NCBI GenBank assembly: GCA_020438795.1
Contig: JAGQTY010000004.1
Location: 85,941 to 149,940 of the forward strand
Direction: 5' to 3'
Length of the DNA stretch: 64,000 nucleotides
Source of the DNA: Actinomycetota bacterium
GTDB taxonomy: Bacteria; Actinomycetota; Actinomycetes; S36-B12; GCA-2699445
Both the position numbers and the translations under genes were made by a program. The number at the start of each line of letters is the position of its first letter. Within the stretch, counting starts at the first letter, position 1. Of the stretch, positions 56,105 to 64,000 are shown one piece after another. Below the pieces are notes generated by a model. The model did not search any database. It was given only the letters and a program-made list of their open reading frames with translations, and was not told where the DNA came from.

Positions 56105-58312
56105 TCAGCTCGCCGGGGCGGCCTCGCGCATGCCACGGAGCTCACGCTTGAGCTCGTGGATCTCATCACGGTAGCGAGCAGCCATCTCGAACTGCAGGTC
56201 GGCAGCCGCCGTGTGCATCTGCCCGGTCAGATCCTCGATCAGTGATTCGAGTTCGGACTCGGCGCGGCTGACCCGTTCGACCTTCGGAGCAGCGCCGACC
56301 GACCGGCCCTTGCCACGGGACTGGTTGCGGCCGGAGCCCAGCAACTGGGCGGTGTCCTCGTCCTCCCGGGCCAGCAGGTCGGTGATGTCGGCGATCTTCT
56401 TTCGCAGTGGCGTGGGATCGATCCCGTGCTCGGCGTTGTAGGCCTGTTGCTTGGCCCGGCGCCTGTTGGTCTCGTCGATGGCGGTACGCATCGAGTCGGT
56501 GATCTCATCCGCGTACATGTGGACCTGGCCCGACACGTTCCGCGCCGCACGGCCGATCGTCTGGATCAGGCTGCGCTCACTGCGCAGGAACCCCTCCTTG
56601 TCCGCGTCCAGGATCGACACCAGCGAGACCTCGGGCAGATCGAGGCCCTCCCGCAGCAGGTTGATCCCGACCAGCACATCGAACTCGCCCATCCGGAGTT
56701 CCCGGAGCAATTCCACGCGGCGCAGCGTGTCGACCTCGGAGTGCAGATACCGAACCCTGATCCCCTGCTCCAGCAGGTAGTCGGTGAGATCCTCTGCCAT
56801 CCGCTTGGTCAGTGTGGTGACCAGGACCCGCTCGTTGCGCTCGGTTCGGAGCTTGATCTCCGCCATGAGGTCGTCGATCTGGCCCCGCGTCGGCTTCAGC
56901 AGGATCTCGGGGTCGAGCAGACCCGTGGGTCGGATCACCTGTTCGACCACGTCGCCGTGCACCCGGTTGAGTTCGTATGGCCCGGGTGTGGCGGAGAGGT
57001 AGACGGTCTGGCCGATCCGATCCACGAACTCCTCCCACTTCAGCGGCCGGTTGTCCATGGCACTCGGCAGCCGGAAGCCGTGATCGACCAGGGTGCGCTT
57101 TCTGCTCATGTCTCCTTCGTACATGCCGCCAATCTGCGGCACTGTCACATGGGACTCGTCAATGACCAGCAGGAAGTCCTCCGGGAAGTAGTCCAGCAGG
57201 CAGTTGGGGGCACTGCCCGGGCCGCGCCCGTCGATGTGACGTGAGTAGTTCTCGATGCCGGCGCAGGAGCCGACCTGTTTCATCATCTCGAGGTCATACT
57301 CGGTGCGCATCTGCAGTCGTTGGGCCTCGAGCATCTTGTTCTGGCGCTGCAGCTCGGCGAGTCGTTCGCCGAGTTCCTGTTCGATACCCGCGACCGCGCG
57401 CGCCATCCGTTCGGGGCCGGCCACATAGTGGGTGGCAGGGAAGACGTAGAGCTCCTCGTCCTCGGTGAGCACCTCGCCGGTGACGGGGTGCAGCGTCATC
57501 AACCGTTCGATCTCGTCGCCGAACATCTCGACCCGGATGGGATGCTCCTCGTAGACCGGGAAGATCTCGAGCGTGTCCCCCCGCACCCGGAAGGTACCGC
57601 GCTCGAAGGCCATGTCGTTGCGGGCGTACTGCATCGTCACCAGCTGCCGGAGCAGGTCGTCCCGCTCGTGGCTCTCCCCCACCCTGATCCGCAGCATCCG
57701 GTCGACATACTCCTGCGGCGTGCCCAAGCCGTAGATCGCCGAGACCGAGGCGACCACCAGGACATCACGCCTGGTCAGCAAAGAGTTGGTGGCGGAATGG
57801 CGCAGTCGCTCGACCTCCTCGTTCAGTGAGGAGTCCTTCTCGATAAAGGTGTCGGAGGCCGGGACATAGGCCTCGGGCTGGTAGTAGTCGTAGTAAGACA
57901 CAAAGTACTCGACCGCATTGTTCGGGAGCAGCTCGCGGAACTCGTTGGCCAGCTGCGCTGCCAGGGTCTTGTTGGGCGCCATCACCAACGTGGGCCGCTG
58001 CAACTCCTCGACCAGCCAGGCTGTTGTCGCCGACTTGCCGGTGCCGGTGGCACCCATGAGGACGACGTCGCGATCGGCACCTGGGGGGACAGTCAGGTGA
58101 GTGTTCCCCACCTGGACTGTACTCCCCGAACTGCTTCCAGAACTGGCTCGAGACCCAGCACTGGACCCGGAGTCGGAGCTGACGGCGGACCTGCCCCGTA
58201 TCCGACGTGCGATCTCAGCGATCGCCTGCGGCTGATCACCGGCCGGCTCGTACTCTGAGACGACCTTGAAAGGGGCCACCTTACGCTTCAGATCTGTGAT
58301 TGGACGGGCCAC
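56105..58312 (-). CDS. uvrB: excinuclease ABC subunit UvrB with a Ser/Gly-rich insertion before the Walker A motif
   Basis: [22 protein letters not shown], helicase motifs, C-terminal UVR domain. The likely start is GTG 58312 or TTG 58318, and no clear SD is present. Confidence 0.95.
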   Translation of the reverse strand: MARPITDLKRKVAPFKVVSEYEPAGDQPQAIAEIARRIRGRSAVSSDSGSSAGSRASSGSSSGSTVQVGNTHLTVPPGADRDVVLMGATGTGKSATTAWLVEELQRPTLVMAPNKTLAAQLANEFRELLPNNAVEYFVSYYDYYQPEAYVPASDTFIEKDSSLNEEVERLRHSATNSLLTRRDVLVVASVSAIYGLGTPQEYVDRMLRIRVGESHERDDLLRQLVTMQYARNDMAFERGTFRVRGDTLEIFPVYEEHPIRVEMFGDEIERLMTLHPVTGEVLTEDEELYVFPATHYVAGPERMARAVAGIEQELGERLAELQRQNKMLEAQRLQMRTEYDLEMMKQVGSCAGIENYSRHIDGRGPGSAPNCLLDYFPEDFLLVIDESHVTVPQIGGMYEGDMSRKRTLVDHGFRLPSAMDNRPLKWEEFVDRIGQTVYLSATPGPYELNRVHGDVVEQVIRPTGLLDPEILLKPTRGQIDDLMAEIKLRTERNERVLVTTLTKRMAEDLTDYLLEQGIRVRYLHSEVDTLRRVELLRELRMGEFDVLVGINLLREGLDLPEVSLVSILDADKEGFLRSERSLIQTIGRAARNVSGQVHMYADEITDSMRTAIDETNRRRAKQQAYNAEHGIDPTPLRKKIADITDLLAREDEDTAQLLGSGRNQSRGKGRSVGAAPKVERVSRAESELESLIEDLTGQMHTAAADLQFEMAARYRDEIHELKRELRGMREAAPAS

Positions 58313-58414
58313 ACTCAATAGTAGGCTGCAGGTCCGACAACCGTTGCCCCCCAAAATCCATGGGAGTCCCGTGAAAGCTCAAGAACCACCGCACCGGATG
58401 ACGATAGACACTCC

Positions 58415-59467
58415 ATGAAGCCTCCCCAGCTCAGATTCGTCCCGGCATCCCTCTCCCTGGGAACAGCACTGCTCATCGGGGCAACAGTGGTCGGCGGCGT
58501 AGGTGCGGCCGCCACGGATTCCAGCGCGGCACGTCTGCCGGGTGAGGGAGTAGTCTCACAGTCCCTCAGCCAGGCGGTGGATTTCCCCCAGGAGTGTCGC
58601 CTGTTCCCACGGAAGAACTACTGGAACACGCGGATCGACAAGCTGCCGCTGCATCGCAGGAGCAAGGCCTGGACCGGCGCCATCGGGGATTCGGGATCAC
58701 TGCATCCCGACTTCGGGCCCTCGTTCGGTGAACAATCAGAACCGTACGGAATTCCGTTGACCGTGGTCGACGGGTCCCACGCCCGAGTTCCGGTCTCGTT
58801 CTACTACGACGATGAGAGCGACCGAGTGCGCTATCCGCTGGGGACCGGAACCCGGATCGAGGGCGGCCTCGAGAGCGACGGCGACCGGCACGCCATCGTG
58901 GTGGACCGGGATTCCTGCACCTTGTTCGAGACCTACGACACCCGGCCGGCCGGTGGCGCCTGGGAGGCCGGTTCCGGTGCCGTGTGGTCGCTGCGTTCCA
59001 ACACCCTGCGACCGGAGGGCTGGACATCCGCGGACGCTGCCGGCCTGCCGATCCTGCCAGGTCTGCTCCGGTACGAGGAGGTCGCCTCCGGCAGCGTGCG
59101 GCACGCGATCCGCTTCACGGCACCACGGACCCGCAAGCAGTACATCTGGCCTGCCCGCCACTTCGCCAGTTCCGACACGAGTTCGGCACTGCCTCCCATG
59201 GGAGCCCGGTTCCGGCTCGCTCGCAACTTCTCGCTGCAGGGCTGGTCGCCGCAGGCGCGGACCGTCCTGCGGGCGATGAAGCGGTACGGACTGGTCCTGG
59301 CCGACAATGGCAGCCCCTGGTACTTCCAGGGAACGGCCGATTCGAGGTGGCCGATCGACCTCGTCGACGAGCTCAAAGCAATCCCGGCCAGCGCCTTCGA
59401 AGCCGTACGCAGCCAGAAGCTGCGGATCAGCTCCGAGAGCGCCCGGGCTCGCCAGCTCCGCCGGTAG
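58415..59467 (+). CDS. secreted conserved protein of unknown function
   Basis: 350 aa with a signal peptide (LSLGTALLIGATVVGGVGAAA). High third-position G+C throughout supports coding. I recognise no domain. Confidence 0.6.
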   Translation: MKPPQLRFVPASLSLGTALLIGATVVGGVGAAATDSSAARLPGEGVVSQSLSQAVDFPQECRLFPRKNYWNTRIDKLPLHRRSKAWTGAIGDSGSLHPDFGPSFGEQSEPYGIPLTVVDGSHARVPVSFYYDDESDRVRYPLGTGTRIEGGLESDGDRHAIVVDRDSCTLFETYDTRPAGGAWEAGSGAVWSLRSNTLRPEGWTSADAAGLPILPGLLRYEEVASGSVRHAIRFTAPRTRKQYIWPARHFASSDTSSALPPMGARFRLARNFSLQGWSPQARTVLRAMKRYGLVLADNGSPWYFQGTADSRWPIDLVDELKAIPASAFEAVRSQKLRISSESARARQLRR

Positions 59468-59502
59468 CCGGGAACGGCCCTGGCACCCGCGGGTGACCCG
59501 GA

Positions 59503-60090
59503 TCATCCGAATTGCAGCGACGTCCAGACGATGTCGACATCTTCCTCGAGTTCGGCCAGCGTGCCATCGTTGTCGATGATGATGTCGGCGGTCTGACGCC
59601 TCGCACGATCGTCCACCTGGGCCCTCATCCGGTCCCGGGCCTCCTGCGCACCCATGCCACGCGTGCGGGCCAGACGTTCGATCCGCTCCTCCTGCGGCGC
59701 AAGCACAGCAATGATGTGATCCCAGCCGTCGAGCGCGCCCGTCTCGATCAGCAGGGGCATGTCGTACACGACGACAGTGTCCTGCGGTGCCTCTCGGAGG
59801 AGCCTGGCCGTCTCGTCGGCGATCCGCGGGTGCATGATGCCGTTGAGGCGGGCCAGGCTGGCCTCGTCGTTGAACACGAGTTCGGCGACTGCGGCGCGGT
59901 CCATGACCCCGTCGACGGTGAGGATGCCCTCGCCGAACGCCTCGATGATCTCCTCGAGGGCAGGCTTGCCCGGCTCGACGAGCGCACGTGAGATCTCGTC
60001 GGCGTCGATGACCAGCGCGCCGCGCTCTGCGAGCAGCCGCGCAACTTCCGACTTGCCGGACCCGATGCCACCGGTCAGCCCGATTCTCAT
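59503..60090 (-). CDS. coaE: dephospho-CoA kinase
   Basis: MRIGLTGGIGSGKS P-loop. 195 aa. Lies 25 nt downstream of rpsA. Confidence 0.9.
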   Translation of the reverse strand: MRIGLTGGIGSGKSEVARLLAERGALVIDADEISRALVEPGKPALEEIIEAFGEGILTVDGVMDRAAVAELVFNDEASLARLNGIMHPRIADETARLLREAPQDTVVVYDMPLLIETGALDGWDHIIAVLAPQEERIERLARTRGMGAQEARDRMRAQVDDRARRQTADIIIDNDGTLAELEEDVDIVWTSLQFG

Positions 60091-60115
60091 CGGCTCAGAC
60101 CAGCCGTCGAGGGGT

Positions 60116-61612
60116 TCAGGATCCCTCGCTCATCCGATCCTTGAGCGCTTGCAGCGCCTCGTCGTCGGCCAGGGTTCCCTCGCCACCGCGCGAACCGGCG
60201 TCCGATGAGTACTGTGAAGGCGTCTCGCCGGACTCGAGCAGCGCATCCTGGTCGGCGGCTGCGGCCTCGTCGATCTGCTGGCGGTGAGCCTCCCAACGGG
60301 CCTGGGCGTCGGCGTATTCCTTCTCCCACTCCTCACGCTGGTGCTCGAAGCCTTCCTTCCACTCACCGGTCTGCGGGTCGAAGCCCTCGGGACCGATGTA
60401 GTTGCCGTCCTCGTCGAAGGCTGGCGCCATGCCGTACAGGTAGGGGTCGAACTCCTCGATGACACTGCCACCGCTGGTGCTCTCGTTCGCCTGCTTCAGC
60501 GACAGGGAGATCCGGCGCCGCTCGAGGTCGATGTCGATCACCTTGACAAAGATGTCGTCGTTGACGGCCACGACCTGGTCCGGCAGTTCGACATGGTGCC
60601 CCGCCAGTTCCGAGATGTGCACGAGGCCCTCGATGCCGTCGTCCACCCGGATGAACGCACCGAAGGGAACGAGCTTGGTGACCTCGCCCTTGACGACCTG
60701 ACCGATCTGATGGGTACGGGCGAAGTGCTGCCAGGGGTCCTCCTGTGTGGACTTGAGCGAGAGGCTGACGCGCTCGCGCTCCATGTCCACGTCGAGCACC
60801 TCGACGGTGACCTCCTGGCCGACCTCGACCACCTCGGAGGGGTGCTCGATGTGCTTCCAGGAGAGTTCGCTGACGTGCACGAGCCCGTCGACACCACCGA
60901 GGTCCACGAAGGCACCGAAGTTGACGATGCTGGACACCACGCCCTTGCGCACCTGGCCCTTGGTGAGCTCGTTCAGGAAGCCCATGCGCACTGCGCTCTG
61001 GGTCTGCTCGAGCCATGCACGGCGCGACAGCACGACATTGTTGCGGTTCTTGTCGAGTTCGATGATCTTGGCCTCGAGGGTCTGACCAACGTAGGGCTGG
61101 AGGTCGCGGACACGACGCATCTCCACCAGGGAAGCCGGCAGGAAGCCGCGCAGCCCGATGTCAACGATGAGACCACCCTTGACGACCTCGATCACGCTGC
61201 CTTCGACAACGCCGTCCTGCTGCTTGACCTTCTCGATGTCGCCCCAGGCGCGCTCGTACTGCGCCCGCTTCTTGGACAGCATGAGGCGGCCTTCCTTGTC
61301 CTCCTTCTGGGTGACAAGTGCCTCGATGGTGTCGCCCAGCTTCACAACCTCGCTGGGATCGACATCGTGCTTGATGGAGAGTTCCTTGCTGGGCACAATG
61401 CCCTCGGTCTTGTAGCCGATGTCCACCAGGACCTCGTCGCGGTCGACCTTGACGACCGTTCCTGTGACGAAGTCACCGTCGTTGAACGGCTTGATGGTTT
61501 CCTCGATCGCGGCCAGGAAGTCCTGCTCGGAGCCGATGTCGTTGACGGCGATCTGGGTGGGGCTGGTGGGTTCGGAGGTCCCCTGCTCGGTGGCCTCGGT
61601 GGTTGACGTCAT
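60116..61612 (-). CDS. rpsA: 30S ribosomal protein S1
   Basis: 498 aa, four S1 OB-fold repeats (G.V..V..GG..VDIG), acidic C-terminus. Confidence 0.95.
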   Translation of the reverse strand: MTSTTEATEQGTSEPTSPTQIAVNDIGSEQDFLAAIEETIKPFNDGDFVTGTVVKVDRDEVLVDIGYKTEGIVPSKELSIKHDVDPSEVVKLGDTIEALVTQKEDKEGRLMLSKKRAQYERAWGDIEKVKQQDGVVEGSVIEVVKGGLIVDIGLRGFLPASLVEMRRVRDLQPYVGQTLEAKIIELDKNRNNVVLSRRAWLEQTQSAVRMGFLNELTKGQVRKGVVSSIVNFGAFVDLGGVDGLVHVSELSWKHIEHPSEVVEVGQEVTVEVLDVDMERERVSLSLKSTQEDPWQHFARTHQIGQVVKGEVTKLVPFGAFIRVDDGIEGLVHISELAGHHVELPDQVVAVNDDIFVKVIDIDLERRRISLSLKQANESTSGGSVIEEFDPYLYGMAPAFDEDGNYIGPEGFDPQTGEWKEGFEHQREEWEKEYADAQARWEAHRQQIDEAAAADQDALLESGETPSQYSSDAGSRGGEGTLADDEALQALKDRMSEGS

Positions 61613-61645
61613 GAAGTGGTTGTCCGTTGTTGTTCTGTTCTCGAT
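61613..61645 (-). promoter_or_regulatory. A/C-rich, SD-less translation initiation region of rpsA
   Basis: The mRNA sense reads GAGAACAGAACAACAACGGACAACCACUUC-AUG with no GGAGG. This is consistent with the known SD-independent, autoregulated initiation of rpsA in other bacteria. Confidence 0.4.
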
Positions 61646-61903
61646 GCGGATGTCCGATCCGGCCAGGCGTCAAGCGATAGGAAATCCCTGTTCAGGAGAT
61701 CCAGCCTGATCCGCCAGAGTCCGACCGCGGCCTCAGACCTGTCCAGGACCTGCCCTGGGACGCGGACGGTGAGCCTCGATGCGTCTTCTCTGTCCGAGAC
61801 GCACAGACACACTGCACCTATCAGAATAGGGATGCTCGGCACAACCGGTCAACATCAGGGCAGGAGGTGCCGGTCACATCTCAGCCTCGAACGGTCGAAC
61901 GGC

Positions 61904-63379
61904 TCACAGGCTGAGCGGGGCATCGACCGGTGAGATGCCCATCGGCGGCCAGGGACCCGGATCGTAGGTGATGGAGACGAGCCCATCGCCGAAGGCCTTG
62001 CTGACGGTGTCTCGCCCAGGGTAGGTACCGCGACGTACCCAGTCGTTCAGCTGGATCATCACACCGAGTACCGTGCGGGGCTCGAAGACGCAGTTGCCCG
62101 CGCCCTCGGAAGCTGGTTCCTCGGGACCGTAGGAGACCGGAGGAAGGGCGAAGAGGTCCACGAAGTTGGCGTTGGCCTCAGTCCCGTTCTGCTGGGCCCG
62201 CACGCGGTACCAGGACTCGTTCTGCGCGATGTAGACCGGATCGTTGGCGTTGTGCAGCGTGAGCATCGGCACGGCCAGTTCACCGGTGACCGCACCTTGC
62301 AGGCTGAGCTGCCGGACCGCGTCCTCCTGCGGACTGATGCGCTCCCCGTCCTGCAGCTCCGTCACCCACTTGTTGATCATCCCCGGGGAGAGTTCGTTGA
62401 TCTGGGTGATCTGCTCGGCCGACAACCGCTGTCGATAGTCACTGCCGTAGTTGCCGGAGTAATTGCCCCCGACCTCCTGCTGCAGCAGGTAGCGCTGCAC
62501 CGTCGACTGCCGGGCCAGCTGGGCGACACCGTCCGCGTAGGCCTTCAGGGCACTGTCCAGCGTGCCGCCGGCCTCGGTGCGGCTCTTGTCCGGAAGCTTG
62601 CCGATCCCGGCGATGAACACCAGCAGCGCCTGATCCCTCGGGTCCGTGGACGCCTGCAGCCGCGCCACGGCCTTCACGATCGCGTCATAGGCCTTCTGCG
62701 CCGCCTTCTCGCTGTTGTAGTCCACGAGCTGCAGCTTCGGCAGCAGCAGTTCCCGCACCGCATAGGTGACGTCCAGCGCCAGGTTGTACGTCGGTTCCGG
62801 CCCGGACATCGGAGCGCACATCGCGGCCGCGCCGGAGACCCAGTCCTCATGCATCTCGGCCAGCCGGGCACTCACGAGCCCGCCGGTCCCCTCACCCCAG
62901 GCGTACGTACGGTTCGGTTCTGCGATGTTGTCCTTGAAGTAGTCGTAGAGCTCCTCGGCCGCCGTGATCTGAGGGCCCACAGCCCAGCCCGGCTGCGGCG
63001 GACTGGCACCGGCGATGGCATAGCCAGCCGACAGCAACGCATCCGCGATCGCCTCGTCACCGTCGTCCCAAAGGGGCGCGGGCGCCGGCGCTCCTGCCTG
63101 ACCATCACCCTGCGAATCCTGCCCGGTGCCCGACTCACCATTGCCGGAACGCAGGGCGTGGGAGAACAGGGCCAGTGAACCTCCCCAGTCCTCGGGCAGC
63201 AGGATCTCGAAGTCAGCACCACCGGGCAGCGTCCCGGAACACTCAGTCTCGTTGCACGGTGTGAACTCGACATTGTCGCTGGCGTCGGTGATCGGGTCAC
63301 TCGAACAGGCCGTCGCAAGAAACACTGCACTCAGCCCGATGACACCGGCTCTGCGCCCCGCCCGGGCGAATCGTCGCAT
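61904..63379 (-). CDS. lipoprotein of unknown function (alpha/beta-fold-like, no obvious nucleophile)
   Basis: MRRFARAGRRAGVIGLSAVFLATAC lipobox. About 490 aa with high GC3. Start is ATG 63379 or TTG 63388. Confidence 0.6.
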   Translation of the reverse strand: MRRFARAGRRAGVIGLSAVFLATACSSDPITDASDNVEFTPCNETECSGTLPGGADFEILLPEDWGGSLALFSHALRSGNGESGTGQDSQGDGQAGAPAPAPLWDDGDEAIADALLSAGYAIAGASPPQPGWAVGPQITAAEELYDYFKDNIAEPNRTYAWGEGTGGLVSARLAEMHEDWVSGAAAMCAPMSGPEPTYNLALDVTYAVRELLLPKLQLVDYNSEKAAQKAYDAIVKAVARLQASTDPRDQALLVFIAGIGKLPDKSRTEAGGTLDSALKAYADGVAQLARQSTVQRYLLQQEVGGNYSGNYGSDYRQRLSAEQITQINELSPGMINKWVTELQDGERISPQEDAVRQLSLQGAVTGELAVPMLTLHNANDPVYIAQNESWYRVRAQQNGTEANANFVDLFALPPVSYGPEEPASEGAGNCVFEPRTVLGVMIQLNDWVRRGTYPGRDTVSKAFGDGLVSITYDPGPWPPMGISPVDAPLSL

Positions 63380-63462
63380 GCTGGGCAATTTATCCCGCCA
63401 ACCCTCTCGCCATCACGGTCTCACGATTCTTCGTTGCCAAAGGGTGATCCGCCCGGAGCCGG

Positions 63463-64000
63463 TCAGTGAGCGGCATCGTTCCAGCTCGTGCCGATGCCGA
63501 CGCTCACATCAAGAGGAACAGCGAGTTCGGCCGCGGATCCCATCGCCGTGCGTACGACTGCCTCCAGCGGCTCGGCCTCGCCCGGGGCCACCTCGAAGAC
63601 CAACTCGTCATGGACCTGCAGCAGCATCCGTGAACGCAGTCCCGCATCCACCATGGCCCGCTGAACCTCGATCATGGCGACCTTGATGATGTCGGCGGCC
63701 GACCCCTGGATCGGCGCGTTCAGCGCCATACGCTCGGCCATCTGCCGGCGCTGCCAGTTGTCGTGATTCAGATCCGGCAGGAACCTCCGCCGGCCGAACA
63801 TCGTCTCGGTGTAGCCGGCCTGCCGGGCTCGGGCCACCACATCGGCGAGATAGTCGCGGATACCCCCGAACCGCAGGAAGTAGTCATCCATCAACCGTTT
63901 GGCCTCATCGGTGGGGATGCCCAGCTGGGAGCTCAGTCCGAACGCGCTGAGCCCGTAGGCCAGTCCGTACGACATCGCCTTGATCCGACGCCTCATCTCC
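63463..64000 (-). CDS. polA: DNA polymerase I, C-terminal (palm/fingers) fragment; 5' end outside the window
   Basis: Family-A polymerase motifs RRxAKxxNFGxxYG-like (RRRIKAMSYGLAYG), NAPIQGSAADI and QVHDELVFE. The ORF stays open to the window edge. Confidence 0.9.
   Translation of the reverse strand, partial: EMRRRIKAMSYGLAYGLSAFGLSSQLGIPTDEAKRLMDDYFLRFGGIRDYLADVVARARQAGYTETMFGRRRFLPDLNHDNWQRRQMAERMALNAPIQGSAADIIKVAMIEVQRAMVDAGLRSRMLLQVHDELVFEVAPGEAEPLEAVVRTAMGSAAELAVPLDVSVGIGTSWNDAAH

Noticed and set aside
60284-61606. 440-aa plus-strand ORF opposite rpsA (similar cases at 18916-20178 opposite ctaA, 20231-21487 opposite egtB and 29903-30874 opposite tal)
   Set aside because: These are antisense shadows of highly conserved genes. 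Stop-codon depletion in the reverse frame is expected with strong GC3 bias.
61609-61842. 77-codon ORF in the rpsA leader ending in an ATGA overlap with the rpsA start
   Set aside because: It is rich in rare codons (ATA, AGA, four AGG, CTA, ACA). The region is better explained as the structured, A/C-rich untranslated leader of rpsA.

Overview
The window is a high-G+C Actinomycetota chromosome segment (G+C judged by eye at roughly two thirds, not computed). Almost all of it is conserved core genes in the order familiar from mycobacteria and corynebacteria. Left to right: the 3' end of a histidine kinase, hemolysin-III, a processive GT2 synthase, an ABC exporter, and an enoyl-CoA hydratase / small HTH / ABC-F trio. 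An APC permease follows, then the full actinobacterial suf operon (sufR-sufB-sufD-Rieske-sufC-sufS-sufU-sufT, minus strand). Next come a 4-gene translationally coupled unit (ABC ATPase, ABC-2 permease, Tyr-phosphatase-like protein, heme A synthase CtaA), egtB-egtD, a few small accessory genes and ctaB. The pentose-phosphate cluster tkt / tal-zwf-opcA-pgl is present but interrupted by a Tat-secreted phospholipase C. After it come rbpA, a FetAB-like exporter, secG-tpiA-pgk-gap, whiA-yvcK-rapZ-uvrC and uvrA. The uvrA-uvrB interval is a variable slot holding an alpha/beta hydrolase, a decayed IS481-type transposase, an NTF2-like protein, an SGNH lipoprotein, TerC, PII, DUF4239 and OsmC. The window ends with uvrB, coaE-rpsA and the 3' end of polA. 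I found no tRNA, rRNA, CRISPR array or intact mobile element, and nothing I can defend as a clear-cut new multi-gene system. The leads most worth follow-up are: (1) an orphan canonical PII gene directly upstream of TerC; (2) the ABC-2 / phosphatase / CtaA coupled unit with a zinc-ribbon micro-ORF next to sufR; (3) the phospholipase C insertion inside the tkt-tal operon; (4) the A/T-richer islet with the IS481 relic; (5) lineage-specific low-complexity insertions or tails in UvrB, OpcA and CtaB. Many long ORFs in the six-frame track are antisense or alternate-frame shadows typical of high-GC DNA, and I rejected them. Start codons were re-picked by hand from Shine-Dalgarno spacing and gene-overlap patterns. 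All functional calls rest on motif recognition from memory, not on database searches.
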